Virus record (IMG/VR): IMGVR_UViG_3300027744_000008
Strand: one strand, 5' to 3'
DNA: 64,000 bases
DNA from: a virus
Taxonomy: Duplodnaviria > Heunggongvirae > Uroviricota > Caudoviricetes
The notes under the pieces were generated by a model that saw nothing but the letters and a program-made list of their open reading frames with translations, did not search any database and was not told the DNA's origin. This document shows, in pieces, positions 10,635-21,600 of the stretch (positions are counted from its first letter, which is position 1; each line of letters starts with the position of its first letter). The translations under genes and the position numbers were made by a program.

Positions 10635-11543
10635 GTGGCACTGGTCCTTGACGGAACACTTGGCTTAACCTATACTGGCGATACAGCAGCCAGTAATAAT
10701 CTCTCAATACCTGGCAATGTTGGTATTGGTACAGCATCACCTGGCGCACGATTAGAAGTCAAAGGTAGTTCTTCAGATAACGCCACAATCAATATTAACA
10801 ATAACAGTGGTAATATTTGGAAACTGTGGAATGACAATGGTGCAAGTGGTTTAAATATTCAGTACAACGGAACAACACGGCTTGTTATTGATGCCAGCGG
10901 CAATGTAGGCATTAATACCACAGTAATGAATGTCTTTGATGCCGTGGCCGTTAACAGACCCTTAGTTGTAGCACGATCAGATACTAGTACCAGTAGCATT
11001 GGCAGTGCTGCTTCTATAACTATTAGTAATCTTGATACAACAACTAATAATGTTTCTCAAATAAACTTTGCTGCAATCACTGGTGCAAATACTAATCATT
11101 TTTCATCGGCAATTATTTCTTCTATTCACGGCGCAAGAACCAACGGGCAATATCCAACTGGTATATTAACATTCTCAACATCAACAGCTCTTAATAATGC
11201 GCCAAGTGAAAAATTAAGAATTACATCAGCTGGAACCTTAGCAATCACTCAGACTGCTGGAACAAACACTATTGATGTATCAGGTAACGCTACTAGCATT
11301 GCCAATGGCGGAACTGTTGGATTTGCCAACGCATCAGGTATGTTAGTTGTTAATAATCATACTAACGGAAATATAACAATATTCTTAGGTGGCGGTGGAA
11401 TTACTAGTGTAGTATCTTCAGTGGGTGGACAAGTGGGCACATTTGCCTATACCTCCGGTAATGCCGGCTATACTTGGACCAGCAACTACGGAGCAACTGC
11501 TACTTACGCATTTTATTTTTTAAAGACTAGACCAACAGCCTAA
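10635..11543 (+). CDS. Tail fibre-like protein
   Basis: GNVGIGTASPGARLEV and EKLRITSAG fibre repeats. Confidence 0.7.
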   Translation: MALVLDGTLGLTYTGDTAASNNLSIPGNVGIGTASPGARLEVKGSSSDNATININNNSGNIWKLWNDNGASGLNIQYNGTTRLVIDASGNVGINTTVMNVFDAVAVNRPLVVARSDTSTSSIGSAASITISNLDTTTNNVSQINFAAITGANTNHFSSAIISSIHGARTNGQYPTGILTFSTSTALNNAPSEKLRITSAGTLAITQTAGTNTIDVSGNATSIANGGTVGFANASGMLVVNNHTNGNITIFLGGGGITSVVSSVGGQVGTFAYTSGNAGYTWTSNYGATATYAFYFLKTRPTA

Positions 11544-11552
11544 GGATAATTT

Positions 11553-11738
11553 ATGGAATATACAAGTACAAAAATTGAAGGTCACCCACTAATGTACAGA
11601 ATAGAAACAGCGTATAACGATACCAGTATTCATTTTAATGTTGTCTGTGGAGTTGACGACTCTGAAATACCAGATCTTGTTGCACATCATATAGAATATT
11701 TAGATTCTTTAAAAACAACGGATCAAATTGAGGAATAA
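11553..11738 (+). CDS. Small acidic protein, possible fibre chaperone
   Basis: AAGGA RBS; directly follows a fibre gene. Confidence 0.5.
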   Translation: MEYTSTKIEGHPLMYRIETAYNDTSIHFNVVCGVDDSEIPDLVAHHIEYLDSLKTTDQIEE

Positions 11739-11741
11739 CTA

Positions 11742-12464
11742 ATGGCAATAGTACTAGATGGCACACTTGGATTAACATATACCGGCGATACAGCGGCCAG
11801 TAATAATCTTGCCGTACCTGGTAATGTTGGTGTTGGTACTAGTTCGCCAGTTTCAAATACAAATCAAAAAAGTGTTACTATTAACGGAACGAGTTTTAGT
11901 CGTGTTGATTTTCAAGTTGGCGGGTCATCAACAGCGTATATATATTCTGGCTTGTCAAATACAAATCTTGGAACAATTGGGGCCACAGCCATTGCGTTTG
12001 ATACAAATTCAACAGAACGTATGCGTATTGATACCTCTGGTAGATTCACATTAGCTAGTCAGCCATTCTTTTATGCTACATTGACTGTTGCACAAACAGG
12101 ATATAATTCAGCAAGTACAGGAGATGTGGTTGTAATTTATAATTCAACTACTACAAATACAGGCAGTCATTATAATACAGCAACCGGTAAATTTACTGCA
12201 CCCGTTGCAGGAAATTATATATTTCACGCATCAGCATACGCCTCGGGATCTTCATTTCAGCAAAATTGGCTAGTTGTAAATGGATCAAGGATAACTGGTA
12301 CTGACTGGGTACATGCCTCTTCAACTATGTCGCTAGGTTTTTGGTTGATAAAACTTGCGGCAAATGATACTGTGGGATTTCATGCGTACAATGGAGGAGT
12401 AACAAGTACAACAATTAATACTAATAGTGAACACACTTATTTTCGCGGATATTTATTAAGTTAA
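11742..12464 (+). CDS. Tail fibre-like protein with C1q-like C-terminal domain
   Basis: HYNTATGKFTAPVAGNYIF...LAANDTV...FRGYLL is a C1q signature; N-terminus is shared with 10635-11543. Confidence 0.75.
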   Translation: MAIVLDGTLGLTYTGDTAASNNLAVPGNVGVGTSSPVSNTNQKSVTINGTSFSRVDFQVGGSSTAYIYSGLSNTNLGTIGATAIAFDTNSTERMRIDTSGRFTLASQPFFYATLTVAQTGYNSASTGDVVVIYNSTTTNTGSHYNTATGKFTAPVAGNYIFHASAYASGSSFQQNWLVVNGSRITGTDWVHASSTMSLGFWLIKLAANDTVGFHAYNGGVTSTTINTNSEHTYFRGYLLS

Positions 12465-12472
12465 GGAAACTC

Positions 12473-12736
12473 ATGACAACATATACAGTGACATTATCAC
12501 AAGCAGAGGATCTAGCACTTGGCTATGTGGCCTACAGTCAAGACGATTGGATTCAAACTGCCGCACACGAAAGATGCAGAGTGGCCATTGAAGAAATTGT
12601 AAGAATTTGTGTGGAAAAATGTTTAGAAAATAACATACAAATTCCCGGCAGCAAAGAAGACATGGTCTTACTGGCTTTTGAACAAGCGTGGGTTATTTCT
12701 TCCGCTGATAGAATTGCTGCTTCAACACCTATATAA
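12473..12736 (+). CDS. Small companion protein of the C1q fibre gene
   Basis: AAGGA RBS; 87-aa ORF. Confidence 0.55.
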   Translation: MTTYTVTLSQAEDLALGYVAYSQDDWIQTAAHERCRVAIEEIVRICVEKCLENNIQIPGSKEDMVLLAFEQAWVISSADRIAASTPI

Positions 12737-12754
12737 TGAACAACTAAATACACT

Positions 12755-13450
12755 ATGGCACAAACAATCAATGCAGATGATGGCGTAATATCAGGGTCAA
12801 CTGGACTCAAGTTCACTGCTGACACCACAGGTATCTTAGCACTACAAAATAACGGAACAACACGAGTCACCGTTGACGCCAGTGGTAACTTGGTAGTAGG
12901 AACATTTACCACATCTATTGCAAAGAAATTTACAGTAGTCGGTGAAGGTAATTTTACTGATGCAAGCAGCACTACTAGACTGTACATGGGATTTGGTACT
13001 ATCCCCACCACAGGCGGGACTGGTGCATACGTCTATAACGCAGACAATACAGCTTTAGTATTCGGCACTACTAACACAGAACGTATGCGTATCGACTCCT
13101 CTGGCCGTGCTATATTTGCCGGCCTAATTTATCACAGCTCCAGCACCGCAGTTGCAGCTGCCGGTACTACACAAGGTACAGCCACTGCTCTTACAGCTCA
13201 AATTAATAATGTGACCACAGGCATTGATGGTACTGCAGGAGTTATATTACCCACACCTATTCAAGCTGGTCTAAGTATCTTTATTCGTAACGGATCAACA
13301 TCACTGTCACTTAGGATCTATCCCCACAGTGGTGGTAATATTTCAGGCACCGGTGTTAATGCTGCTATAGAAATAGAATTTGCTACAGTTTTAGAATTTA
13401 TTGCCTTTGATACTACCAACTGGTACCTACCCAGCGCGGTACTTTCTTAA
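12755..13450 (+). CDS. Tail fibre-like protein
   Basis: FGTTNTERMRIDSSG fibre motif; TAAATA 4 nt upstream of the ATG. Confidence 0.65.
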   Translation: MAQTINADDGVISGSTGLKFTADTTGILALQNNGTTRVTVDASGNLVVGTFTTSIAKKFTVVGEGNFTDASSTTRLYMGFGTIPTTGGTGAYVYNADNTALVFGTTNTERMRIDSSGRAIFAGLIYHSSSTAVAAAGTTQGTATALTAQINNVTTGIDGTAGVILPTPIQAGLSIFIRNGSTSLSLRIYPHSGGNISGTGVNAAIEIEFATVLEFIAFDTTNWYLPSAVLS

Positions 13451-13900
13451 TTATATTAGATCAATTATATCAAATATTGTCTGTAGTTTTGTTCTAATAA
13501 TACGATTACTAAAACTATTACGCAGACCTTGATGGAGAGGTTTTGGCGCATGATCTACAGTGGTCCACGACCAACCAATATGTTCATTGCTGAGTGTAGG
13601 TATAAACTCTTGATCAATCACACAAAGATATGTGTGAAAATTAAACACTTGATCGTTGCTGACAAATGTTTCAAGTGGTATTGTTTTTAATACTAAAGGA
13701 CTAAATCCAATTTCTTCAACAATTTCTCGTTGAAGTCCCTGCCATGGATTTTCACCTTCGTGAGTTGTACCGCCTACTAGGCCCCAAGTACCTTGATGTT
13801 TACCCTTGGCTTTTTGCACCAGTAAAAATCTACCAGTTGTCTTGGCATAGAACAATGCACCTGAACAGATGATTTTATCAGTTATAGTTCTAGAATCCAC
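13451..13900 (-). CDS. NUDIX hydrolase
   Basis: Nudix box GGTTHEGENPWQGLQREIVEEIG. Confidence 0.85.
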   Translation of the reverse strand: MDSRTITDKIICSGALFYAKTTGRFLLVQKAKGKHQGTWGLVGGTTHEGENPWQGLQREIVEEIGFSPLVLKTIPLETFVSNDQVFNFHTYLCVIDQEFIPTLSNEHIGWSWTTVDHAPKPLHQGLRNSFSNRIIRTKLQTIFDIIDLI

Positions 13901-15339
13901 ATACCCTCTCTATACTCGCCCTCAAAACTCTTAGTCCAAGAGTAGCCATCCCACTTGTACTGTATACCAGTATATATATTAGTTTGATAGACAGGATCTT
14001 CTGTTCCTGGATGTTCCGCTGCTGCAAATATTATGTGCCATGCACCAGCACTCCATTCAATAATGTCATTTTCTTCTGCAACAAAATCACTGTTGTCATT
14101 GTTTTTCCAAGCATCAGGACCGTCTTCGTTACTGAGATCACCAATTTTTTCAATAATAAGATATCGTACACCTTCAACTGGCACTGGTAAACCAGCACCG
14201 GGCCCTTTAGTTTGAGGATTAATAATGGCATTAAATGTTCCGGGGCTAGATACTCTAACACTAACGTAACCATTGTATTCATTTATTGCAGTATTAGTTG
14301 GATATGTATCACTGTCCCAGTTTATACTGACCAATGTTTCGTCTAAAGGATTGACAACAAACGTGCCAAACACTTCATGTCCGTTTTCTTGTATTAATCT
14401 AATACTGCTATAATCAGCTATGTATTTTCCAGGATATTGATTTAACAATAGTCTCCAATTAATTCCTGGTCCAATTTTGTTAGGCACGCCATAGGGATCA
14501 TCAATGACCACAGGCTCGTGTGCTCCTAATAATCTGGCCGCACCCGCATATACCATTAGACCATAGCTTGATATTGTAGTTCTAACCTTGGACAAGACAG
14601 CACCAGCTGGCGGACCGTAGTCATTAAGGGCAGGATCAATGCCCAACCCTTCAATATAAGTTTCCGGATCATTAATGCCGCCATCCAACACACTGGTAAT
14701 AATTTTAGTAATAATACCAAGTTGGCGAACTTTGACCGGCGGACTCAACCAGATCGGTGTGGTTAGGTTAACAGTGGCAATGTCAATGGGACTGTCTACA
14801 CCCACTGGTATTTGTCTTGACGAAAATATAATATCATCTAAATTTAATACACTTAGACTGGTCCAATCGATATAGTTGTCAGTGGTCTGAATTTCAACAC
14901 TGGGATTAAACAACACCAGAATCTGCTCCATGATCTGTAACTTTTGATCAGTACTAGTGGACCATATCTCAACTTTAAGAGACAGTTTGTAGGGAGTAGG
15001 CATGATGCGTTCAACTGTATAGTTTGCACCTTGCTCATTGGTATAGACATCGTCAACAATGTCACGTTCTCTAATATGCAGTTTACCAACATAGGTACTG
15101 TCACCTAGTCTATCTCTCTCTAAAGCTAGTCCGCTGATACTGACAGCAATACGTGGAGCACTGTTGATCTTGTTTTCTGAATTTTGTTTGATAATGTTGG
15201 CCACTTGACGATCAGCATCACCATACATCACAGGTACTCGCACTAGTGTGCCATCACCGTACTTAACATAAAAATTACTAAAAAATCTTGTAACTTGTAG
15301 AATATATCGTCTAATTTGCCCATCGTAATAATGCATCAT
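13882..15339 (-). CDS. Tail sheath stabiliser/terminator (T4 gp15-like) with C-terminal extension
   Basis: YYDGQIRRY...VPVMYG...PRI...PTPYKL...QIMEQILVLFNP resembles the gp15 family. Confidence 0.7.
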   Translation of the reverse strand: MMHYYDGQIRRYILQVTRFFSNFYVKYGDGTLVRVPVMYGDADRQVANIIKQNSENKINSAPRIAVSISGLALERDRLGDSTYVGKLHIRERDIVDDVYTNEQGANYTVERIMPTPYKLSLKVEIWSTSTDQKLQIMEQILVLFNPSVEIQTTDNYIDWTSLSVLNLDDIIFSSRQIPVGVDSPIDIATVNLTTPIWLSPPVKVRQLGIITKIITSVLDGGINDPETYIEGLGIDPALNDYGPPAGAVLSKVRTTISSYGLMVYAGAARLLGAHEPVVIDDPYGVPNKIGPGINWRLLLNQYPGKYIADYSSIRLIQENGHEVFGTFVVNPLDETLVSINWDSDTYPTNTAINEYNGYVSVRVSSPGTFNAIINPQTKGPGAGLPVPVEGVRYLIIEKIGDLSNEDGPDAWKNNDNSDFVAEENDIIEWSAGAWHIIFAAAEHPGTEDPVYQTNIYTGIQYKWDGYSWTKSFEGEYREGMWILEL

Positions 15340-16730
15340 TATACGTCTGCCTCTGGTTTATATTTAATTGCTTTACTGAGTGCCTGTCGCTCTGGCACTG
15401 AACTGGCAAACAACTTCCACTGTATTTGATCACCGTCGGCCGCAGTCTTACTCAGAGTGATAATAGTATTACCGCCTAGACCCGAAGAAGTTGTAGCACT
15501 GATTTTAGTATCATTGATATAGGCAGTGGCAATCACTCCAGCGGCATAGGCCACACTAGTTTGAATAGCTGTAGTATTACCAACCGCAGTAACATAGTCT
15601 CGACCAATTTGATTCTTTCCAGTTATGTTGGCATTGTTGATGAAACTAGTTTTCTGTGTTTGACGTTGGTCATTGTTGGTCATGGTCATGCGTAGATTAT
15701 CTTCTACCTTGATCCAAGTAGTACCATTGAAACGGAACAGTCTATTGGGCATAAAATCAGTACGTAGAAAGAAATCATCTCTAGCAGCCGACACTGGAAA
15801 TTGTATACCGTGACCAAATGGATTTAATAAGTTGTTAAACCCGTTGGGTTCGTTTCCATCGCTGACTAGATAACCAGTGTAACCTTTGCGTAATGGTTTA
15901 CCGTTAATTTCGCTGGCATCTTCGTTGGCATTACTAGCATCAATATCATCTTCGTCGGCACTTCTAAGTATTGGATTACCTTGTTCATCTACTGACAGCG
16001 TGTATAACTGACGTGTTTCATAGCCACTTAACGGAGCATCTGCTTCTGCTTGAGCAATCATAGCATCATTAATTTCGTACTCTTTTCCTCTAGTGCTTAA
16101 TAAATCACGTAGAGTAGTATCGCTTTCTGTACCGTCAGCATTGGACGCTTTCTGATCAAGAATATCAGCAAACTGTTGAGCGTCAATAATCTTTTTAAGT
16201 TTTAATCTGTATAAGTGTGGCCACCATGTTATTGAAAAGCCTTCACTGGCCCGTCCTACATCTTCTATAGCATAGTAACGAGGTAGGCCTATGCTAAAAT
16301 CATTCAAGGCAAATTCATCACGCAGATGTGGAAACTCTAATACATCACCGCTTAGAGGTTTGCGTCCTACAAGTTTAATCCAATCATTAATATGCACAGT
16401 TAGAAAAACTGTGTCATTGTCAATGAACAGGCCAAATTGGCTTAGATTAAAATCAATATTTTGTACGTTATAAACACCACGTACTCGATAAATTTCTGGT
16501 TCGTATTTACGATCCCTATTTTCTAAGAACAGCAGATCTTGTATATTAGTAGGTGATAGCGAGTCATAATGCGGCTCTGCTGCGGTAGCATTGCCCTCAT
16601 CAGTGTTAACTCCTAGATATTTGTGTAGGTAAAGCTCAGTTCCGCCAATCTGAAACATCTCAGAAACTTGGCGGTCAATGAACTTATAATCGTTGCCCTT
16701 TTCGGGTTTGTATAGGCTTAAGCGTGGCAT
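15339..16730 (-). CDS. Neck/head-completion protein (T4 gp14-like)
   Basis: DLLFLENRDRKY...LSQFGLF...GDVLEFP motifs; adjacent to gp13- and gp15-like genes. Confidence 0.65.
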   Translation of the reverse strand: MPRLSLYKPEKGNDYKFIDRQVSEMFQIGGTELYLHKYLGVNTDEGNATAAEPHYDSLSPTNIQDLLFLENRDRKYEPEIYRVRGVYNVQNIDFNLSQFGLFIDNDTVFLTVHINDWIKLVGRKPLSGDVLEFPHLRDEFALNDFSIGLPRYYAIEDVGRASEGFSITWWPHLYRLKLKKIIDAQQFADILDQKASNADGTESDTTLRDLLSTRGKEYEINDAMIAQAEADAPLSGYETRQLYTLSVDEQGNPILRSADEDDIDASNANEDASEINGKPLRKGYTGYLVSDGNEPNGFNNLLNPFGHGIQFPVSAARDDFFLRTDFMPNRLFRFNGTTWIKVEDNLRMTMTNNDQRQTQKTSFINNANITGKNQIGRDYVTAVGNTTAIQTSVAYAAGVIATAYINDTKISATTSSGLGGNTIITLSKTAADGDQIQWKLFASSVPERQALSKAIKYKPEADV

Positions 16731-16776
16731 AGTAGTATATTTATCGGTAAATAACTATTGTAAGAGAGGAATTCCA

Positions 16777-17547
16777 ATGGATACGGTTACAGCAAATCAA
16801 GCGGTACAAGAAGTATATAACTACGTTAAAACCATGCTAGGCGACGGTATGGTCGAGGTAGAACTTGATCCCGTACATTATGAAACAGCATTAAAACGTG
16901 CTCTATCACGATTTCGTCAGCGCAGTAGTGCAGCCGTAGAAGACGCCTACTACTTTTTAGAATTAATTAAAGATCAAAACGAATATCGTTTACCTGACGA
17001 AATCATCAACGTACAGAGTCTATATCGTAGGGCAATCGGATCTAGAAGTGGCATGGGCAGCGGCGGCACACTATTCGAACCCTTTAACTTGGCCTACACA
17101 AACACCTACTTGCTAAACAGCACTATGATGGGAGGTATTGCAACCTATGACATGTTTGCTCAATACCAAGAAATGGTAGGACGCATGTTTGGTTCGTTTA
17201 TCGAATTCCAATGGATACAGCATAGTCATACTCTACGTATTCTACAGCGCCCTTTTGCTGAAGGGGAGCAAATTATGATCCGTGGTCAAAATTATAAACC
17301 AGACTGGGTTATTATTGGAGACATATATGCAGGCCAGTGGATCAAGGATTACACTCTGGCTATATGTAAAACCATACTAGGCGAAGCTCGCGGCAAATTT
17401 GCTCAAATTGCTGGCCCAGGTGGCGCAGGTGGTCTAAATGGCACAGACTTAAAGTCCGCAGGCAAAGAAGAAATTGAAAAGTTAGAAAAAGAAATCGAAA
17501 TGTATGTTACTGGGCATACTGGCACTTATACTTTTGTAATTGGTTAA
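16777..17547 (+). CDS. Neck protein (T4 gp13-like)
   Basis: LGDGMVEVELDP...WIKDYTLAICKTILGEARGKF...LNG matches the gp13 pattern; ATG at 16777 follows GAGGA. Confidence 0.75.
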   Translation: MDTVTANQAVQEVYNYVKTMLGDGMVEVELDPVHYETALKRALSRFRQRSSAAVEDAYYFLELIKDQNEYRLPDEIINVQSLYRRAIGSRSGMGSGGTLFEPFNLAYTNTYLLNSTMMGGIATYDMFAQYQEMVGRMFGSFIEFQWIQHSHTLRILQRPFAEGEQIMIRGQNYKPDWVIIGDIYAGQWIKDYTLAICKTILGEARGKFAQIAGPGGAGGLNGTDLKSAGKEEIEKLEKEIEMYVTGHTGTYTFVIG

Positions 17548-17555
17548 AGAAAATA

Positions 17556-17584
17556 TTGACTCTGTAATCTTTTTGTTATATAAT
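17556..17584 (+). promoter_or_regulatory. Sigma70-type promoter (TTGACT-17-TATAAT) for the dNMP kinase gene
   Basis: Direct motif match. Confidence 0.75.
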
Positions 17585-17603
17585 ACACTATACGAGGTGT
17601 TTT

Positions 17604-18302
17604 ATGATCATAGGCGTGTGCGGTTTTATCGGGGCGGGAAAAGACACAGTGGCTGATTATCTTACTAATTTTCATGGATTTAGAAGAGAAAGTTTTGCCA
17701 ATAGTCTTAAAGATGCAGTGGCTCAAGTGTTCGGTTGGGACAGAACCATGCTAGAGGGGCGCACAAAACAAGCCCGTGAATGGCGCGAACAAGTAGATCC
17801 GTGGTGGTCAGAACGCTTGAACATGCCTAACCTAACACCACGATGGGTATTACAATACTGGGGCACAGAAGTTTGTCGCAGAGCATTTCATGATGATATC
17901 TGGATTGCAAGTTTAGAAAACAAACTACGCACCAGCAAGGACGATATAGTTATATCAGACTGTCGTTTCCCCAACGAAATCAAATCAATCAAAGACGCTG
18001 GCGGCATTGTTGTTCGTGTTGTTCGAGGTCCAGAGCCTGAATGGTATGAAGATGCTGTCAATGCAAATCGTGGAGAAAATGGTAATTACTCTTGGGTCAC
18101 TAGTCGTAGTAGACTTGAAAAGCTGGGTATTCATGCCAGCGAAACAGCATGGGTTGGCACTGACTTTGACAAAGTCTTAGATAATAACAGCACCATTGAC
18201 GACTTATATAATCAAGTTATAAATCTGGTACCAGATCGCCCTGTGTCCAACGACTCCCTTCTTTATGGAGCACTCTCTGGCAGTTGGCACATACCGTCTT
18301 AA
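17604..18302 (+). CDS. Deoxynucleoside monophosphate kinase (T4 gp1-like)
   Basis: IIGVCGFIGAGKDT P-loop; FANSLKD, TPRWVLQYWGTEV and SDCRFPNE motifs. Confidence 0.9.
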   Translation: MIIGVCGFIGAGKDTVADYLTNFHGFRRESFANSLKDAVAQVFGWDRTMLEGRTKQAREWREQVDPWWSERLNMPNLTPRWVLQYWGTEVCRRAFHDDIWIASLENKLRTSKDDIVISDCRFPNEIKSIKDAGGIVVRVVRGPEPEWYEDAVNANRGENGNYSWVTSRSRLEKLGIHASETAWVGTDFDKVLDNNSTIDDLYNQVINLVPDRPVSNDSLLYGALSGSWHIPS

Positions 18303-18552
18303 GATTTGCAGGACGACAATTATCTAGATCTCCGTCGATGTGGAACACATTAAACTGTTCCTTGTACTTAGATCTAAATCCACATTTTTCACAAGTGTCC
18401 TTTTGCCGGTAGCCACTGGTATACCACTTAGGTAGTCCAGTGCTTAGACCTCTAGCACAATGATCGCATTTAGACCTATAGTAAGGTTTTTTTGCTTTAT
18501 AATAATTTATAGCCGCTGGTCTTAGACCACATTTTTTGCATAGACTTCTCAT
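18217..18552 (-). CDS. Zn-finger HNH endonuclease-like protein
   Basis: CxxC pairs plus FHIDGDLDNCRPANLKTVCANCQR. Confidence 0.8.
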   Translation of the reverse strand: MRSLCKKCGLRPAAINYYKAKKPYYRSKCDHCARGLSTGLPKWYTSGYRQKDTCEKCGFRSKYKEQFNVFHIDGDLDNCRPANLKTVCANCQRVLHKEGSRWTQGDLVPDL

Positions 18553-18651
18553 ACCTGCCCTTTTCTTGCCCTTTTCTATATGTATTTAACCTTGGTATTT
18601 TAATCAAATCCACTAAATACTATTAGAACAAGGACTCAAGGAGATCAACAA

Positions 18652-21600
18652 ATGGCCCAATTGGAATCACCAGGCGTAGCAGTTACAGTTATAGATGAAA
18701 GTTTTTATACTCCAGCTGCTCCCGGAACAACCCCACTTATTATCGTAGCATCAAAACAAGATAAACAAAACGGCGCAGGCACTGGTGTTGCATTAGGCAC
18801 CACGCAGGCAAACGCTGGCAAAGTATATCTATTGACCAGTCAGAAAGATTTAGCAGACACATTTGGAACCCCAAGATTTATTACTGATAGTAATAACAAT
18901 CCTGTACACGGTTCAGAATTAAACGAATACGGCCTGCAAGCAGCATACTCATATCTAGGTGTTAGTAACAGAGCCTATGTAGTTCGCGCAGACATTGACC
19001 TAGGACAATTAGAAGCAAGTGCAGAAGCACCCACCGGTGAACCTGTAAACGGTACTTACTGGGTAGACGTGGGATCAACAAAATTTGGTATTTTCCAATG
19101 GAATGGCGAACCTGCTAATGTAACAGGGGGCCAGACTTTTACAAATAAAGTTCCTCTAGTTATCACTGACGCCGCTAAAGTATTAGATGGAGGTCAACCA
19201 AGAACTAGTATAGGTTCGGTAGGAGACTATGCTGTAGTTGCAACTTCAAGTACTTTTAGAATCTGGTACAAATCACCAGCAATTGGGCAATATAGGCCTG
19301 TTTTGTGGGTAGAAGTAGGCAGTGCCGACTGGGTTAACAGCTGGCCTACATTGACCACTGGGGTCGTTGACCTTACTAATATTAGTGATCTATCTCAGTT
19401 TAATATTAACGATCAATTAATAACCATTGAAGCAGCCATTCCTGGAAGTCCTACACTGCAAGATATTGTAGATGCTATTAATTTAGATACTCCCGAAGGT
19501 ACAGTTGCCGTCGTCCGCGCAGGCAGAATTCTTATATATTCTGATTTTGAACCAATTGTGATCGACAGCACCGGAATAGTCCAAGAAGATCTTGTAGATT
19601 TTGAAGCATTAGGGGTAGTAGAACCTGGCGTGGCAATCCCTGTTCCAACTATACAAATCTCAAAACATACTCAAGTTCCTAATTGGAGTTTAAAAGGTGA
19701 CGAACCTCGTGTATCAGGAAGTGTGTGGATTAAAACTACTGAATATAATGCTGGAGCAAAATGGGTTGTAAAACGTTACGATTCTTCTACTTCATCTTGG
19801 GTAACACAACTGGCTCCATTATATCCTAATGGCTACTCGGCACTGTACGGTTTAGATGTAGCAGGTGGTGGCTCAAAACTTCCAATAAACACTCTTTACA
19901 TCAAAACTAATGATGGCGAAAGTGATCCAGTAATAGCAGATTTTAAAGTATATCGTCGTAGTGCAGTTGGCGCAACAACTATCACATCGGATGTTATTAC
20001 CGACACAACATTTACAGACGGTGTAACATATCAAGTAGCTATAAGAGAATCATTAAAGGGCCAAGATACTCTAGGTAATGAAGTTATTGTAAGCATTATT
20101 GGCGCTGACCCACTTGATCTTCCAAGCGGCGCTCTTACAAAAGCTCAGGCAGATGCAGAATCATTAGCAGCGGCGATCTCAGAGGCAACCGACATTGACG
20201 GCAACGGATTTTTTAATCTAACAGCAGAAGTTACTGCCCAAAATAAAGTTAAGATTACACATCTATTAGGCGGTGATTTTGAACTTGTAGACGACACTGC
20301 TCAACGAACTATTGCAACGTTATTTGTAGGTGACTCTAATTTCTTCGAAGCGCCACCGAGTATTCAAGACGATATTGAAGATCCTAATCATTTTTTAGCA
20401 TCATTATGGAAACCACTAAGTGGTGCTGTGAACAGTATAACACAACCTACTACTGAACCAGAAGATGGCACATTGTGGTATAATTCGATATACGACGAAG
20501 TTGATTTATTAGTGCATAATGGTAGTGCATGGGTTGGTCTGCAATATGACGGATTAACAGGGTTATCGGATACAGCATCACCATTCAGTGGTACAGCAGA
20601 TATTAACGGTCCTATTACTTCTTCTACAATGCCGACGAAACAAAGTGATGGCATAACAGATCTAGGTGAAGGCGACATATGGATTGATCCTAGCCAACCT
20701 GAATTTTATCCTTTTATTTTTAAGTGGAATACATCAACGTTTAAATGGGATCAGTTAGATACAACAGATGATACCACTGAAAATGGAGTTTTATTTGCAG
20801 ATGCTCGTTGGGGAGTCGACGGCGGAACTTCTACAGTTGCAACAAAAAGCACTATTAAAGAATTATTGTCAAGCGATTACGTAGACCCAGATTCTCCTGT
20901 TCCTGCACTATATCCAAGAGGTATGTTGCTTTGGAACACACGACGATCAGGTTGGAACGTGAAAAAATACGTTAAAAATTATATAGAGACAGAGGCTGAC
21001 TCAATTAATAGTCGTCAAGGTGGTGTTTCGACTACAAATTACTTCCCGCATCGTTGGGTAACTGAATCAGGTAACCAAGAAAACGGTGCAGGACGTTTTT
21101 CACGACAAGCTCAAAGACAAGTGGTGTTAGTTGCATTAAGAGCACTGGTCAACAGTAATCAAGAAATACGAGATGAAGAAAGTCGAGTGTTTAACTTAAT
21201 TGCTGCGCCTGGATACGAAGAACTAACTGGACCAATGGTTAACTTAAACTATGATCGTGGATTAACAGCGTTTGTTGTAGGCGACTCACCAAGTCGTTTA
21301 CCACCTGATGCTACAAGTTTAAGCAACTGGGGCACCAACGTTTACGGCAGTGTTATAGACGATGTACTCGGATTAGTTACAAATGATGAATACTTAGGTG
21401 TATTTTATCCATGGGGATTCACTAGTGATAACTTAGGTAAGAACATTGTTGTACCACCAAGCCATATGATGTTACGTACTATTGCTCTAAGCGATAATGT
21501 AAGTTATCCATGGTTTGCTCCTGCAGGTACACGCCGCGGTGGGATTACCAATGCAAGTGCAGTTGGATACATTGATTTTGTATCAGGCGAGTTTCAAAGC

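Noticed and set aside
276-13011. Antisense and alternate-frame ORFs over the fibre genes (e.g. 2584-3015, 4441-4869, 12553-13011)
   Set aside because: Shadow ORFs arising from codon bias of the real genes.
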